64,000 bases of DNA, taken from Ignavibacteriales bacterium (GTDB lineage: Bacteria; Bacteroidota; Ignavibacteria; UBA10030). How positions within the stretch are numbered: position 1 is the first letter of the stretch; every line of letters begins with the position of its first letter. Location of the stretch: NCBI GenBank assembly GCA_026390595.1, contig JAPLFQ010000032.1, positions 28,215 through 92,214 on the forward strand, given 5' to 3'. Under the pieces are notes generated by a model. It saw only the letters and a list, made by a program, of their open reading frames with translations, was not told where the DNA came from and made no database searches. The translations under genes and the position numbers were made by a program. Below are positions 9,143 through 18,321 of the stretch, one piece after another.

Positions 9143-10318
9143 TCACTTTGGCTTTCTAAATCGGGTCTTCATCTCCCGGATCGAATCTCCGCCAAATTTC
9201 TCAAGAAATGCGTTCGCGAGAACAGGCGCGATGACCGCTTCGCCGATCACCGAACAGGCCGGAACAGCGCAGACGTCCGATCGCTCATAGCGTGCGCCGA
9301 CAGTCTTCATCTTCCTCAGATCAACGGATTGCAGCGGGTTGGCAAGTGTCGAAATCGGCTTCATGGCTGCATGGAGGACAATCATCTCGCCATTCGTGAT
9401 TCCTCCCTCCAGTCCGCCGGCTTTGTTCGAAGACCGAATGACCTTCCCGCCCCTGAGATCGAATCCATCGTGCACCTTAGACCCAAACTCGGCAGCATTC
9501 GCGAATCCAGCCCCTATCTCAACACCCTTGACGGCGTGTACCGACATGAGCGCTTGAGCGAGCAACCCATCCAGCTTCCGGTCATAATGCACGTAGCTCC
9601 CCAACCCGATGGGAGATCCAGTCACAATAACCTCAAACACCCCTCCGAGCGTATCGCCGAGCTTCTTCGCCCGTTTGATCAGAGCGATTGCCTTTTTCGA
9701 AAGAGAGTCATCGAGTATTCGGACTTCAGACTTGTCGGCTTCCTCTGTAATCTTGTACGAGCCGCACGAGGCAGTTATGAGCTTTCCGAAAATCCTGTCG
9801 ATGACTTTCCGATCAGTGACTCTCACCTGGCCGATTGAGATGACATGGCTCCCGATGAAAATCCCAAAGTCCTCCAGCAACTTGCGTGCGATAGTGCAGC
9901 ACGCGACACGCATTGCAGTCTCACGCGCACTTCCACGTTCAATAGTATTCCGGATGTCGTCGAAGGCGTATTTCTGAGCGCCAGCAAAATCCACGTGACC
10001 TGGCCTGGGAACGGAGATTTTCTCAACGCCCTTGCCATCTCCGCCTACCGCCATTTTCTCTGTCCAGTTCTGCCAATCCTTGTTCCTGATCAACAACGAG
10101 ATCGGAGATCCAAGCGTCTTTCCAAAACGGATGCCCGAGAGAATCTCAACGGCATCCGATTCTATGCGCATCCTTCCGCCTCTTCCATACCCCTGCTGCC
10201 GGCGCCACAGTTGATGATTGATGTATTCGGCTGTCATGGGGAGCCCGGCTGGGATTCCTTCGATGACACCGACGAGTGCCTGGCCGTGCGATTCACCTGC
10301 AGTAAGGTATCGGATCAA
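9143..10318 (-). CDS. aroC: Chorismate synthase
   Basis: LIRYLTAGESHGQALVGVIEGIPAG… is the chorismate synthase signature. The track ORF (to 10465) is over-extended: an in-frame TTG at 10318 is preceded by AAGGAG with a 6-nt spacer and gives a canonical ~391-aa product. Confidence 0.85.
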   Translation of the reverse strand: MIRYLTAGESHGQALVGVIEGIPAGLPMTAEYINHQLWRRQQGYGRGGRMRIESDAVEILSGIRFGKTLGSPISLLIRNKDWQNWTEKMAVGGDGKGVEKISVPRPGHVDFAGAQKYAFDDIRNTIERGSARETAMRVACCTIARKLLEDFGIFIGSHVISIGQVRVTDRKVIDRIFGKLITASCGSYKITEEADKSEVRILDDSLSKKAIALIKRAKKLGDTLGGVFEVIVTGSPIGLGSYVHYDRKLDGLLAQALMSVHAVKGVEIGAGFANAAEFGSKVHDGFDLRGGKVIRSSNKAGGLEGGITNGEMIVLHAAMKPISTLANPLQSVDLRKMKTVGARYERSDVCAVPACSVIGEAVIAPVLANAFLEKFGGDSIREMKTRFRKPK

Positions 10319-10476
10319 CGTGAACTCCTTTGGTTCTTGCAGTTTTTCAAGGTGCCTATAACCAATAAAGCGAAAATTGGTCCGATTATCAATCGGCCAA
10401 AAACCAAAAGGCGCAAGTTTCGCCCGCTCACTGCGGAGGAATCCTGCGCCCTTCAATATCAGCATTCGTCCAGGGT

Positions 10477-12027
10477 TTACTTCCCAGGGACCTCAATCGC
10501 CACGAAACGCATCGACTTGTCCTTCCCCTTGACTCTCATGAGAACTGCATCTCCCGCCTTCTTCCCTTTCAGGACCTTGTCGAACTGTGCCACCGAAGAG
10601 ATGTTCTGATCACCGACGCTTACGATGACGTCGCTTGCAGCGAGTCCGCGCTTGTTCGACTCGCTCATCGGCTCAACATTCTCCACGAGCACACCGTTCT
10701 CTACGCCATACTCCTTCTTCACTTTTGAATCGAGATTGCGGACAGTCATGCCAAGATTCTCGAGCTCCAACGTTCCTTTGGAGCCCGCATCCGTCGGCTC
10801 CTCGGATTCATCCTTCGGATTCCTGGCGGCCACTTCCTCCTCAGCTTCATCGCGGGACTTCAACGTGACCTTCTTCTCGAATGACTTTCCATTTCGATAC
10901 ACTTTGAGAGTTACGTTCTCACCAGGATAATGCGAAGCAACAATCGTCTGAAGTTGATTCGAAGTATTGACTTCTTTTCCATCGACAGAGAGAATGATGT
11001 CTCCCTCCTTCAGCCCTGCTTCGGCCCCCGCACTGCCCGGGTTCACGGTCTGCACAAAGACCCCCGACGGTTTGCTGAGACCATTCGCCTTCGCGAGGGT
11101 CGCATCAACCGATTGTATAGACACACCGATATACCCGCGACGCACCTTTCCGTATTTGATCAGGTCAGTCGCGACTTTCTTCGCGAGGTTGATCGGAATC
11201 GCAAAACTGTATCCCTGATATCGGGCGTTAGTCGTGGCAATCGCCGAATTGATGCCGACGACCTCCCCCTTGACGTCCACCAGAGCACCGCCGCTGTTTC
11301 CGGGGTTCACTGCTGCATCCGTCTGAATGAAATCTTCGATGCCCAACGGAGAACCATCTTCGATGATCCTCAATTGGCGTCCGAGCGCGCTCACGATTCC
11401 CTGCGTCATCGTGGACGTAAGACCGAGAGGGTTGCCGAACGCGAACACCGTGTGCCCGACCTCCACGTTATCTGAATTCCCGAGGTGAGGTACCGGCAAA
11501 TCCTGAACATCGACTTTGATTACCGCCAGATCCGTGTACTTATCTGTGCCGATCAGTTTCGCTTTCTTGAATACTCTGTTGTCCCAGAGCGTCACTTCAA
11601 TGCCATCCGAGTTTGCACTTTCAACAACATGATTGTTGGTGAGGATGTATCCATCCTGGGTGAGTATGACTCCGGATCCAGCGCCTACTTCAGGCTGCTG
11701 CCTCGGAGTCTGCATATCTGGACCGAAGAAATGGAAAAAAGGATTCTGGGAACTTCGGCCATTCTTCGGCTTGGACGTCACGACAATGTAGACAACCGTC
11801 GGCGTCACTTCCTTCGCTATTCCGTGATACGCCTCGTTGAGCGACTGCAGTGTAGGGTGCGGCGTGGATTGCTTCGACTGAGCACCGAGCTTGACATCCT
11901 GCCCCGCAAATGTGAAATCGACTCCCTTGAAACTCGACACGAGCGTTACTCCAAAAACGATGCCCAGAGCAATGAGCAGTACTGCAGCAACAACTGATTT
12001 CATCGACATGGAAAATCTCCTCGACAC
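10477..12027 (-). CDS. htrA: Periplasmic serine endoprotease DegP/HtrA family (trypsin domain + two PDZ domains)
   Basis: Signal/TM N-terminus, catalytic triad context (…TNNHVV…, …DLAVIK…, GNSGGALVD), and two PDZ-like C-terminal repeats. Confidence 0.9.
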   Translation of the reverse strand: MSRRFSMSMKSVVAAVLLIALGIVFGVTLVSSFKGVDFTFAGQDVKLGAQSKQSTPHPTLQSLNEAYHGIAKEVTPTVVYIVVTSKPKNGRSSQNPFFHFFGPDMQTPRQQPEVGAGSGVILTQDGYILTNNHVVESANSDGIEVTLWDNRVFKKAKLIGTDKYTDLAVIKVDVQDLPVPHLGNSDNVEVGHTVFAFGNPLGLTSTMTQGIVSALGRQLRIIEDGSPLGIEDFIQTDAAVNPGNSGGALVDVKGEVVGINSAIATTNARYQGYSFAIPINLAKKVATDLIKYGKVRRGYIGVSIQSVDATLAKANGLSKPSGVFVQTVNPGSAGAEAGLKEGDIILSVDGKEVNTSNQLQTIVASHYPGENVTLKVYRNGKSFEKKVTLKSRDEAEEEVAARNPKDESEEPTDAGSKGTLELENLGMTVRNLDSKVKKEYGVENGVLVENVEPMSESNKRGLAASDVIVSVGDQNISSVAQFDKVLKGKKAGDAVLMRVKGKDKSMRFVAIEVPGK

Positions 12028-12074
12028 TGTGTTAATCCTTTGATAATTGGTTAGTCATTGAACAACCCCGGTAT

Positions 12075-12938
12075 TCAGGGGGGCTGTCCTTCCTCTGAAA
12101 CAACGAAATTCCTCAAGATGTCTAATGATTTTATGGGCTTGAGATCCTCAAAATGTTGACGCAAATATAAACGCAAAGTTCCATCAATTTCGTTCCCCGC
12201 CGCTGCCGTGAACTCAACCGAAGCGACGGATTCGAGCCGTGCCGTGAGAAACCGGTGCAGAATCTTCAGCGTGCTTAGGGAAATACGTGTGTTTCCGTCC
12301 TCCTGATTTCGGTGCTCCCCGATTCCCTGGAAGGCTCTTTTCTGCAGATGGATGTTGGTTTTAGCAACACCTACCTGGGAACTGCAGGGACCACAGATGA
12401 CAGAGCCCCTCGACAGCTGGAATACAGCGGACCCGTCTGGCCCGATCTCATCCAGCTTTCGCCCGCAGTCCATGCAAGACTCGATGTCGGGCGAATAACC
12501 GAAAATCGATGCACACCGGATTTCGAAGGCGAAAAACAGGTTCACGAAGTTCTTTCCGGCACGCTCGATCTCATCCAGAGTCTCGACCAGCAAGTCGTAC
12601 AGCGCTTTGTTTTCTTCTTCGTCGTGCGCCAGCTGGTTCACGAGTTCGAGTACGGCAAGGGCGACGGCCATACGTTCGAGCTCACTATTGATCCTTTTGT
12701 AGGTTTTGACCGCATCACACTGCGAGACCAGCTGCAGTTCACGGTTCTCTTTCTTGTACAGGACAAGCAGGACGTTCGTGATCGGCTCGAGACCGGCGCC
12801 AAATTTGCTCTTCGCCTGCCTGGCCCCTTTTGCGAGGCATTTTACCTTCCCGAAGCGGCGGGTGTAGAACGTGACGATTTTACTGCTGTCACGGTAGTTC
12901 ATCGATTTCAGGACAACGGCCTCGGTCTTGGTAATCAT
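12075..12938 (-). CDS. recO: DNA repair protein RecO
   Basis: N-terminal OB fold (TEAVVLKSMNYRDSSKIVTFYTRRFGKV) and the C-terminal zinc motif C-x2-C…C-x2-C (CMDCGRK…CGPC). Confidence 0.8.
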   Translation of the reverse strand: MITKTEAVVLKSMNYRDSSKIVTFYTRRFGKVKCLAKGARQAKSKFGAGLEPITNVLLVLYKKENRELQLVSQCDAVKTYKRINSELERMAVALAVLELVNQLAHDEEENKALYDLLVETLDEIERAGKNFVNLFFAFEIRCASIFGYSPDIESCMDCGRKLDEIGPDGSAVFQLSRGSVICGPCSSQVGVAKTNIHLQKRAFQGIGEHRNQEDGNTRISLSTLKILHRFLTARLESVASVEFTAAAGNEIDGTLRLYLRQHFEDLKPIKSLDILRNFVVSEEGQPP

Positions 12939-12946
12939 CGCCGCAC

Positions 12947-14017
12947 TCAGCGAAAGACCGCTTTGCGGATCAGTTTCGACATGTCCTGCTTTTTCAGCAC
13001 ATCGAGCGCATCACGAAATGGCTTTCTCAGTACTCCCTTTTCGGTTACGATTGCCGTGATGAGGTCATTCGGGGTCACATCGAACGCCGGCGAATAGACA
13101 TCCACTCCTTCAGGCGCTATGACGTAATCACCAATCATCGTGACTTCCAGACTGCTTCGTTGTTCTATCGGAATCTCACTCCCCGACACCATCTCGAAAT
13201 CAATTGTTGTGCTTGGCGCTGCGACATAGAATGGGACTTTATGATATCGTGCAAGCACTGCCAGGCTGTATGTCCCCACTTTGTTGGCCACGTCCCCGTT
13301 CAGCGTGATACGATCCGCACCGACAACAATCGCATTGACTTTGCCTTGTTGAAGCAGAAACGCTGCGGTGCTGTCTGTGATAAGCGTGGAGGGGATTTGA
13401 AGCTGCCGCAACTCCCAGGCAGTCAAACGCGCACCCTGGAGGAGGGGACGCGTCTCGTCCATATAGACGTGTTTGAGCTTATGCTGTTCCCACGCTGTTC
13501 TCAAAATATTCTGAGCGGTTCCGTCGCCCCCGGTCGCCAGGCTCCCGGTGTTGCAATGTGTCAGGACGCTCGCAGCATTGGGAAGCAGCTCCGCCCCGAA
13601 CTGGCCAATGAGCCGGCACATTTCTTCATCTTCTGTGTGAATTGCCATCGCTTCCGCGAGAAGAGTCGTATGAATGCTCGCGAAGGACTTGCCGGCCGAT
13701 TCGATGGCGACGTTCCGCATGCGATTCAGAGCCCAGAAGAGGTTCACGGCGGTCGGGCGTGTGGAGGCGAACAGGTGGGTCGTGCGTTCGACGAACGCGG
13801 CAAAAGACCGGGCATTAACGGGCTTCTGGCGGTCGAACGCGAGTACGAAACCGTACGATGCCGCGATGCCGATCAAGGGCGCACCACGCAACGCAAGGGT
13901 CCTGATCCCGCGGGCGACGACGTCCTCATCATCGGTTTCGATGTAGCTCTCTCTTGTCGGAAGCTGCGATTGATCGAGAAATCTGACTTTGCCGTTGCAC
14001 CACTCAATCGATCGCAT
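12947..14017 (-). CDS. mtnA: Methylthioribose-1-phosphate isomerase-like (MtnA/eIF-2B family) sugar-phosphate isomerase
   Basis: 356 aa with MtnA family motifs (LTHCNTGSLATGG…, …IVVGADRITLNGDVANKVGTY…). Confidence 0.8.
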   Translation of the reverse strand: MRSIEWCNGKVRFLDQSQLPTRESYIETDDEDVVARGIRTLALRGAPLIGIAASYGFVLAFDRQKPVNARSFAAFVERTTHLFASTRPTAVNLFWALNRMRNVAIESAGKSFASIHTTLLAEAMAIHTEDEEMCRLIGQFGAELLPNAASVLTHCNTGSLATGGDGTAQNILRTAWEQHKLKHVYMDETRPLLQGARLTAWELRQLQIPSTLITDSTAAFLLQQGKVNAIVVGADRITLNGDVANKVGTYSLAVLARYHKVPFYVAAPSTTIDFEMVSGSEIPIEQRSSLEVTMIGDYVIAPEGVDVYSPAFDVTPNDLITAIVTEKGVLRKPFRDALDVLKKQDMSKLIRKAVFR

Positions 14018-14022
14018 GACGA

Positions 14023-14937
14023 TTACCTTTCATCAAACCGCGAGATCTGCATGAAGGCCCGGTATCGGTCCTGGATCTGGAGATATGTCAGGTCCTTCAT
14101 TCCGTCGACGCTGAACTTCTCGACGCAGAACGATGCGAGTGTGCTTCCATAGACGACGGCGCGCTTCAGATTCTCGGGAGAGAGATCGTCCGTGCGTGCC
14201 AGCCAGCCCACGAACCCTCCGGCGAACGCGTCACCTGCCCCGGTGGGATCGTTGATGTTCTCAAGCGGATATGCAGGCGCGGAGAAAATCGTTTCCTCGG
14301 TCACCAGCACGGCACCGTGTTCCCCCTTCTTGATGATGATGATCCTCGGCCCCATTTTCATGATCCGTTTCGCGGCCTTGATCAGGTTGGGTTCGTTCGT
14401 CAACAAGCGCGCCTCCGATTCGTTGACAACGAGGACATCCATGATCTTCAGGGTCTCCGTGAGTTCTTTCGGCTTGTGCTCGATCCAATAATTCATGGTA
14501 TCGCCAACAACCAACCTGGGCTTGCCAACACGTTCGAGGACATGTCTCTGCAGCGTCGGATCGATATTCCCGAGGCAGACGTACGCGCTGTTCTTGTATC
14601 CGCTGGGCACGATCGGGTCGAACTTCTCGAAGACATTCAGGTCCGTGTATAGCGAATCTCTCATGTTGAGGTCGTAGTGGTACCGTCCTCCCCACCGGAA
14701 CGTCTTCCCCTCGCGCACGATCTGCAGGCCGTCGACGTCGATGTCGCGGCTTTCGAGGAAGCGTATGTGCTCCCGGGGGAAATCGCCGCCGACAACAGCA
14801 ACCAACCTGACGGGCGCGGTGAAATAACTCGCCGCCACCGAAATGTAGATGGCCGACCCTCCCAGAGCATCCTTCACATTACCAAAGGGCGTTTCGATGG
14901 AATCGAACGCGACGGAACCAACGACAAGTAAACCCAA
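14023..14937 (-). CDS. PfkB-family carbohydrate/nucleoside kinase
   Basis: N-terminal GG motif (LGGSAIYISVAAS) and C-terminal PfkB anion-hole motif DPTGAGDAFAGGF. It lies 5 nt from mtnA. Confidence 0.75.
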   Translation of the reverse strand: MGLLVVGSVAFDSIETPFGNVKDALGGSAIYISVAASYFTAPVRLVAVVGGDFPREHIRFLESRDIDVDGLQIVREGKTFRWGGRYHYDLNMRDSLYTDLNVFEKFDPIVPSGYKNSAYVCLGNIDPTLQRHVLERVGKPRLVVGDTMNYWIEHKPKELTETLKIMDVLVVNESEARLLTNEPNLIKAAKRIMKMGPRIIIIKKGEHGAVLVTEETIFSAPAYPLENINDPTGAGDAFAGGFVGWLARTDDLSPENLKRAVVYGSTLASFCVEKFSVDGMKDLTYLQIQDRYRAFMQISRFDER

Positions 14938-14958
14938 TGACGACTCCTTTGTGTTAGA

Positions 14959-15426
14959 CTACAACGATAGTGATAACAGCCGGGATGCTTCCTGTCCCCC
15001 GACGAGGTACTCATGGACAATCTGCAATTCCTGTCGCTGGCCGGGCCAGACAAGCAGCGCATGAGCTGCCGCAAGGACGCACCACGCATATTCTTGATGC
15101 TCATGCGAAAGCAGCGGCGTTTGCTCCGGGTCAGTTTCGATGGCAAAGCACGGACTGACGTGAACCGTATCGTTCGACGCATCGTAGAACGAATTTACAA
15201 AAGGTATGACCCACCATCGCAATGGAGTCAATCCTGTCTCTTCCTGAAACTCACGCATGGCGGCTCTTGCCGCTGGTTCCCCGTCATGCACCGATCCGGT
15301 AACCAACTGCCACATCCCGGGGTACAGGCTTTCGTTTTCCGATCTCTTCAGTAGCAGATACCGCGGAGCGTCCTTGTTTCGTTTGAAGACACAGACCTCT
15401 ACCGTCCGGGAGACGACATTTGACAT
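14959..15426 (-). CDS. NUDIX hydrolase
   Basis: Nudix box GSVHDGEPAARAAMREFQEETGL (GX5EX7REUXEEXGU). Confidence 0.8.
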   Translation of the reverse strand: MSNVVSRTVEVCVFKRNKDAPRYLLLKRSENESLYPGMWQLVTGSVHDGEPAARAAMREFQEETGLTPLRWWVIPFVNSFYDASNDTVHVSPCFAIETDPEQTPLLSHEHQEYAWCVLAAAHALLVWPGQRQELQIVHEYLVGGQEASRLLSLSL

Positions 15427-15429
15427 GTC

Positions 15430-16389
15430 TCAGCCTCTTCGTTTGCCGGGTCCAGGTTTCCGCTTATGATCAGCCGGATTGGAGCGACGGAGTCGAGGTT
15501 CTCGTTCATGTTCGGCCGGATTGGAGCGGCGGAGTCCAGGTTTCCGTTTATGTTCGGCCGAATTGGAGCGACGGTGTCCGGGTTTCCGCTTATATTCGGC
15601 CGGATTCGAGCGACGGAGTGCAGGTTCCCGTTTATGTTCGGCCGGATTGGAACGACGGAGTCCCGTTCTCAGTAGTTGAACTTCTTCAGCCGACAGGTCC
15701 CGAAACTCCCCTTCGCGCAGACCTCCCAATTGCAGGGACCCGACGGAGATTCTTTTCAGTGACATAACTTCGTATCCAATGGATTCCATCATCCGCCGGA
15801 TTTGTCTGTTCTTTCCTTCTGTAATCGAGAATTCCAGTATCCCGGGCGAAAGCTGCGAGGCTTGCGCAGGCTTCGTATGATGAGGGTGTCCTTCGATTCT
15901 CAGGTCGATGCCGTCGGTGATGAGGATCAACTCCTTTCTCCCGATAGGCCGGTCGAGACATACATAGTACTTCTTCTGGATATCAGACTCCGGACTCGTC
16001 AGCATATTTGCGAGCTGGTGATCATTCGTGAAGAGCAGCAATCCGCTGGAATCCTTGTCAAGCCTGCCGATCGCTGAAAGCCCTTCCCCGCTTTCTCCAA
16101 GTAGGTCGAAAACCGTCTCTTGACCGCGTTCGTCGGACCTTGTTGTGACGAATCCCGGAGGTTTGTGCAGTGCGAGATAGCGAAAAGACTTCCGCTTCAC
16201 GAGCTGGTTTTCAAGTTCGATACGGTCGCCGGACATATCGACCCATCGATGCGGATTCACTTCGATCTTACCGTTGACCGAAACAAGGCCTTTCTCAATC
16301 AAGCCTAGCGCCTGCGTCCGCGATGCGATGCCAAGCTTCGAGAGCGCACGCGGCAACGTGACGCGTCCCGCTGCGCGAGAAGTTTTCAT
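15430..16389 (-). CDS. Pseudouridine synthase (RsuA/RluB/RluF family) with a C-terminal 14-aa basic tandem-repeat tail
   Basis: S4 domain (LSKLGIASRTQALGLIEKGLVSVNG) and catalytic domain (IGRLDKDSSGLLLFTNDHQL…). The C-terminus is ~4.5 repeats of RRSNPAEHKRKPGL, encoded by the 42-bp tandem repeat. Confidence 0.8.
   Translation of the reverse strand: MKTSRAAGRVTLPRALSKLGIASRTQALGLIEKGLVSVNGKIEVNPHRWVDMSGDRIELENQLVKRKSFRYLALHKPPGFVTTRSDERGQETVFDLLGESGEGLSAIGRLDKDSSGLLLFTNDHQLANMLTSPESDIQKKYYVCLDRPIGRKELILITDGIDLRIEGHPHHTKPAQASQLSPGILEFSITEGKNRQIRRMMESIGYEVMSLKRISVGSLQLGGLREGEFRDLSAEEVQLLRTGLRRSNPAEHKREPALRRSNPAEYKRKPGHRRSNSAEHKRKPGLRRSNPAEHEREPRLRRSNPADHKRKPGPGKRRG
15466..15665. repeat. Perfectly phased 42-bp direct tandem repeat (~4.7 copies), coding, in frame
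   Basis: Units ccggattggagcgacggagtcgaggttctcgttcatgttcgg / ccggattggagcggcggagtccaggtttccgtttatgttcgg / ccgaattggagcgacggtgtccgggtttccgcttatattcgg / ccggattcgagcgacggagtgcaggttcccgtttatgttcgg / partial. There are no intervening spacers. Confidence 0.9.
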
Positions 16390-16497
16390 AGGGATTCGAG
16401 ACCTGCAATGGAACGATTGAACAAGGAGGGACCCTTATCTGCGACGAAAAAGATAAAGCAAATTCGAATAGAATCCAAGAAAGGCAAACAGGAACCG

Positions 16498-17433
16498 TTA
16501 TCCATTCAATGCCGGGATCCCTGTCACGTTCTTCGCCGATTTCACGGCCCGTCGGATTGCCTCTGCTGTCATTTGAGCGGCCAGTTCGGCCACAAGATCG
16601 AGATCGGCTGCGACCTGTCCGCACGAGAGGGCAAACGCGACATCACCGTCGAATGATGTGTGTACCGGAACGATCGCTCTGGCCATCCCATCATGCATAC
16701 GCTGGGAAATGCGGAACAATTCGAGCTTCGAAAACAGCGCGTTCGTCGCGGCCACGACGAGCGTCGTATTGGTTTCTTCAAGGACTTTTCCCCTGGAGAG
16801 GGGGCGATGTGTCTCGGTCGTCCCAAAAAATCCTCCTTCGGGCTTGCGGGCGCCTGCGAGGACAGAACCGTCCGCATCAACGACATCACCCACAGCGTTG
16901 ACCACGGCAATCGCGCTCACAATCACGCCAGCGAGTGCCGTCGAGGCTGTCCCGATTCCCCCTTTCATGCAGTGCTCAAGCCCTTTCCACTTTCCAACAG
17001 TACATCCGGTTCCCGCTCCGACGTTTCCTTCTCGCTTGTCCTCGTCACTCGCGGCAGCACAGGCCTGGTAACCGCTCAAGGCATCAGGACGGACGATATT
17101 GCTTCCGACATTCAGGTCGAACACCACTGCAGTGGGAACAAGCGGGACCCTGGCCCATGGCGTGGAGTACCCGATCGAATGCTCTTCCAACCACCGCATC
17201 ACGCCGTCGGCCGCGGACAATCCAAATGCACTTCCGCCGGTGAGCAGGATTGCGTGGATCTCCTGCGCCGACTTCTCGGGAGCGAGCAACGCCAGCTCTC
17301 TGCTTCCCGGAGAACTCCCGCGGACTTCACAACTCGCTTTGGTGTTTGGAGGGCACAGAATGACCGTGCAGCCGGTGAGCGATTTGGCGTCGGTGAAATG
17401 TCCCACTTTGATTCCCGGTACGGCGGTCAGCAT
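16498..17433 (-). CDS. DmpA/ArgJ-like peptidase family protein (S58 L-aminopeptidase/D-esterase-like)
   Basis: MLTAVPGIKVGHFTDAKSLTGCTVIL…GNVGAGTGCTVGKWKG resembles the DmpA family. The start is taken at the internal Met, because the upstream ORF extension overlaps the TrmH-family gene. Confidence 0.55.
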   Translation of the reverse strand: MLTAVPGIKVGHFTDAKSLTGCTVILCPPNTKASCEVRGSSPGSRELALLAPEKSAQEIHAILLTGGSAFGLSAADGVMRWLEEHSIGYSTPWARVPLVPTAVVFDLNVGSNIVRPDALSGYQACAAASDEDKREGNVGAGTGCTVGKWKGLEHCMKGGIGTASTALAGVIVSAIAVVNAVGDVVDADGSVLAGARKPEGGFFGTTETHRPLSRGKVLEETNTTLVVAATNALFSKLELFRISQRMHDGMARAIVPVHTSFDGDVAFALSCGQVAADLDLVAELAAQMTAEAIRRAVKSAKNVTGIPALNG

Positions 17434-17440
17434 ACGACGA

Positions 17441-18241
17441 TCAGCCTCCTCTCTTCTCCTCTTTTTCGGCCCGCACCTGCGCAAGCACTATCCCGCACGC
17501 TACTCCGACGTTCAGCGATTCTGCTTTTCCGTATTTTGGAATCCGAACAACGAGATCTGCGACGGCAAGCACTTCCCTTGACACGCCATGCGCTTCATTT
17601 CCAAACACAAAAACGGTCCGTTCCGGTTGCTTCAGGGTCGAGTAGGATTGTTTGCCATCGCCAGACAGCGCTACAACAGAAAAGCCCTTCCGCTTCATGG
17701 CTGAAAGTGCAGCGGGAAGATCGACCCCCTCGACAATGGGGACATGAAACAAGGAACCGACTGTGGACCGAACGACTTTGTCATTGTACAGCTCTACGCA
17801 TCCACGACCGAGCAGCACCACATCGGCGCCGAACCAATCCGACGAGCGTACGATAGAACCGAGGTTCCCGGGATCGCTGACAGCGTCCACCGCAACAACG
17901 ACGGATACCTGACCCAAGTCCGCGCTCTCAAGCGAGTGTATTGGCTGGTGAACGATCGCCAACACTCCCTGCGCGTGAACCGTATCGGCCACCTGGCCAA
18001 GCTCAACCTCGCTGATCTCTTTGATGTCAGCACCCCGCTCTCCCAGACTCGCGAGAATCGACCTGTAATCAGGATCCTCAAAGTAGCGGGAAAGGACAGC
18101 GACGGTCTCGACCTTCGAGGACGAATTCAGTACTTCCTTCAATGCCCGCCAGCCTTCCACAACGAACACCTTCTCAGCCTGGCGGACCTTCTTCTGCGAC
18201 AAGGACCGAAAGTACTTGATGTTTGCCTTCGAAACTCTCAT
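17441..18241 (-). CDS. TrmH/SpoU-family RNA 2'-O-methyltransferase
   Basis: Substrate-binding N-terminal domain plus SPOUT motifs (…VVLLGRGCVELYNDKVVRSTVGSLFHVPIV…, …NLGSIVRSS…, C-terminal ESLNVGVACGIVLAQV). Confidence 0.75.
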   Translation of the reverse strand: MRVSKANIKYFRSLSQKKVRQAEKVFVVEGWRALKEVLNSSSKVETVAVLSRYFEDPDYRSILASLGERGADIKEISEVELGQVADTVHAQGVLAIVHQPIHSLESADLGQVSVVVAVDAVSDPGNLGSIVRSSDWFGADVVLLGRGCVELYNDKVVRSTVGSLFHVPIVEGVDLPAALSAMKRKGFSVVALSGDGKQSYSTLKQPERTVFVFGNEAHGVSREVLAVADLVVRIPKYGKAESLNVGVACGIVLAQVRAEKEEKRGG

Positions 18242-18321
18242 GTCTTAATATAGACAAAATGACCAAAAGAGACAAAGCACCGCGCTGAAAGGTGACGGTC
18301 ACAGCAGGCTTTGTCATCAGA

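Noticed and set aside
9143-10465. 440-aa chorismate synthase ORF with a 49-aa N-terminal extension
   Set aside because: The extension has no homology. The conserved GESHG motif begins immediately after an internal TTG with an AAGGAG RBS. The feature is truncated to 10318.
15466-15665. Possible CRISPR array suggested by regularly spaced 42-bp repeats
   Set aside because: The repeats are contiguous with no spacers, lie in frame inside a pseudouridine synthase gene, and encode a 14-aa peptide repeat. It is a coding tandem repeat, not a CRISPR.
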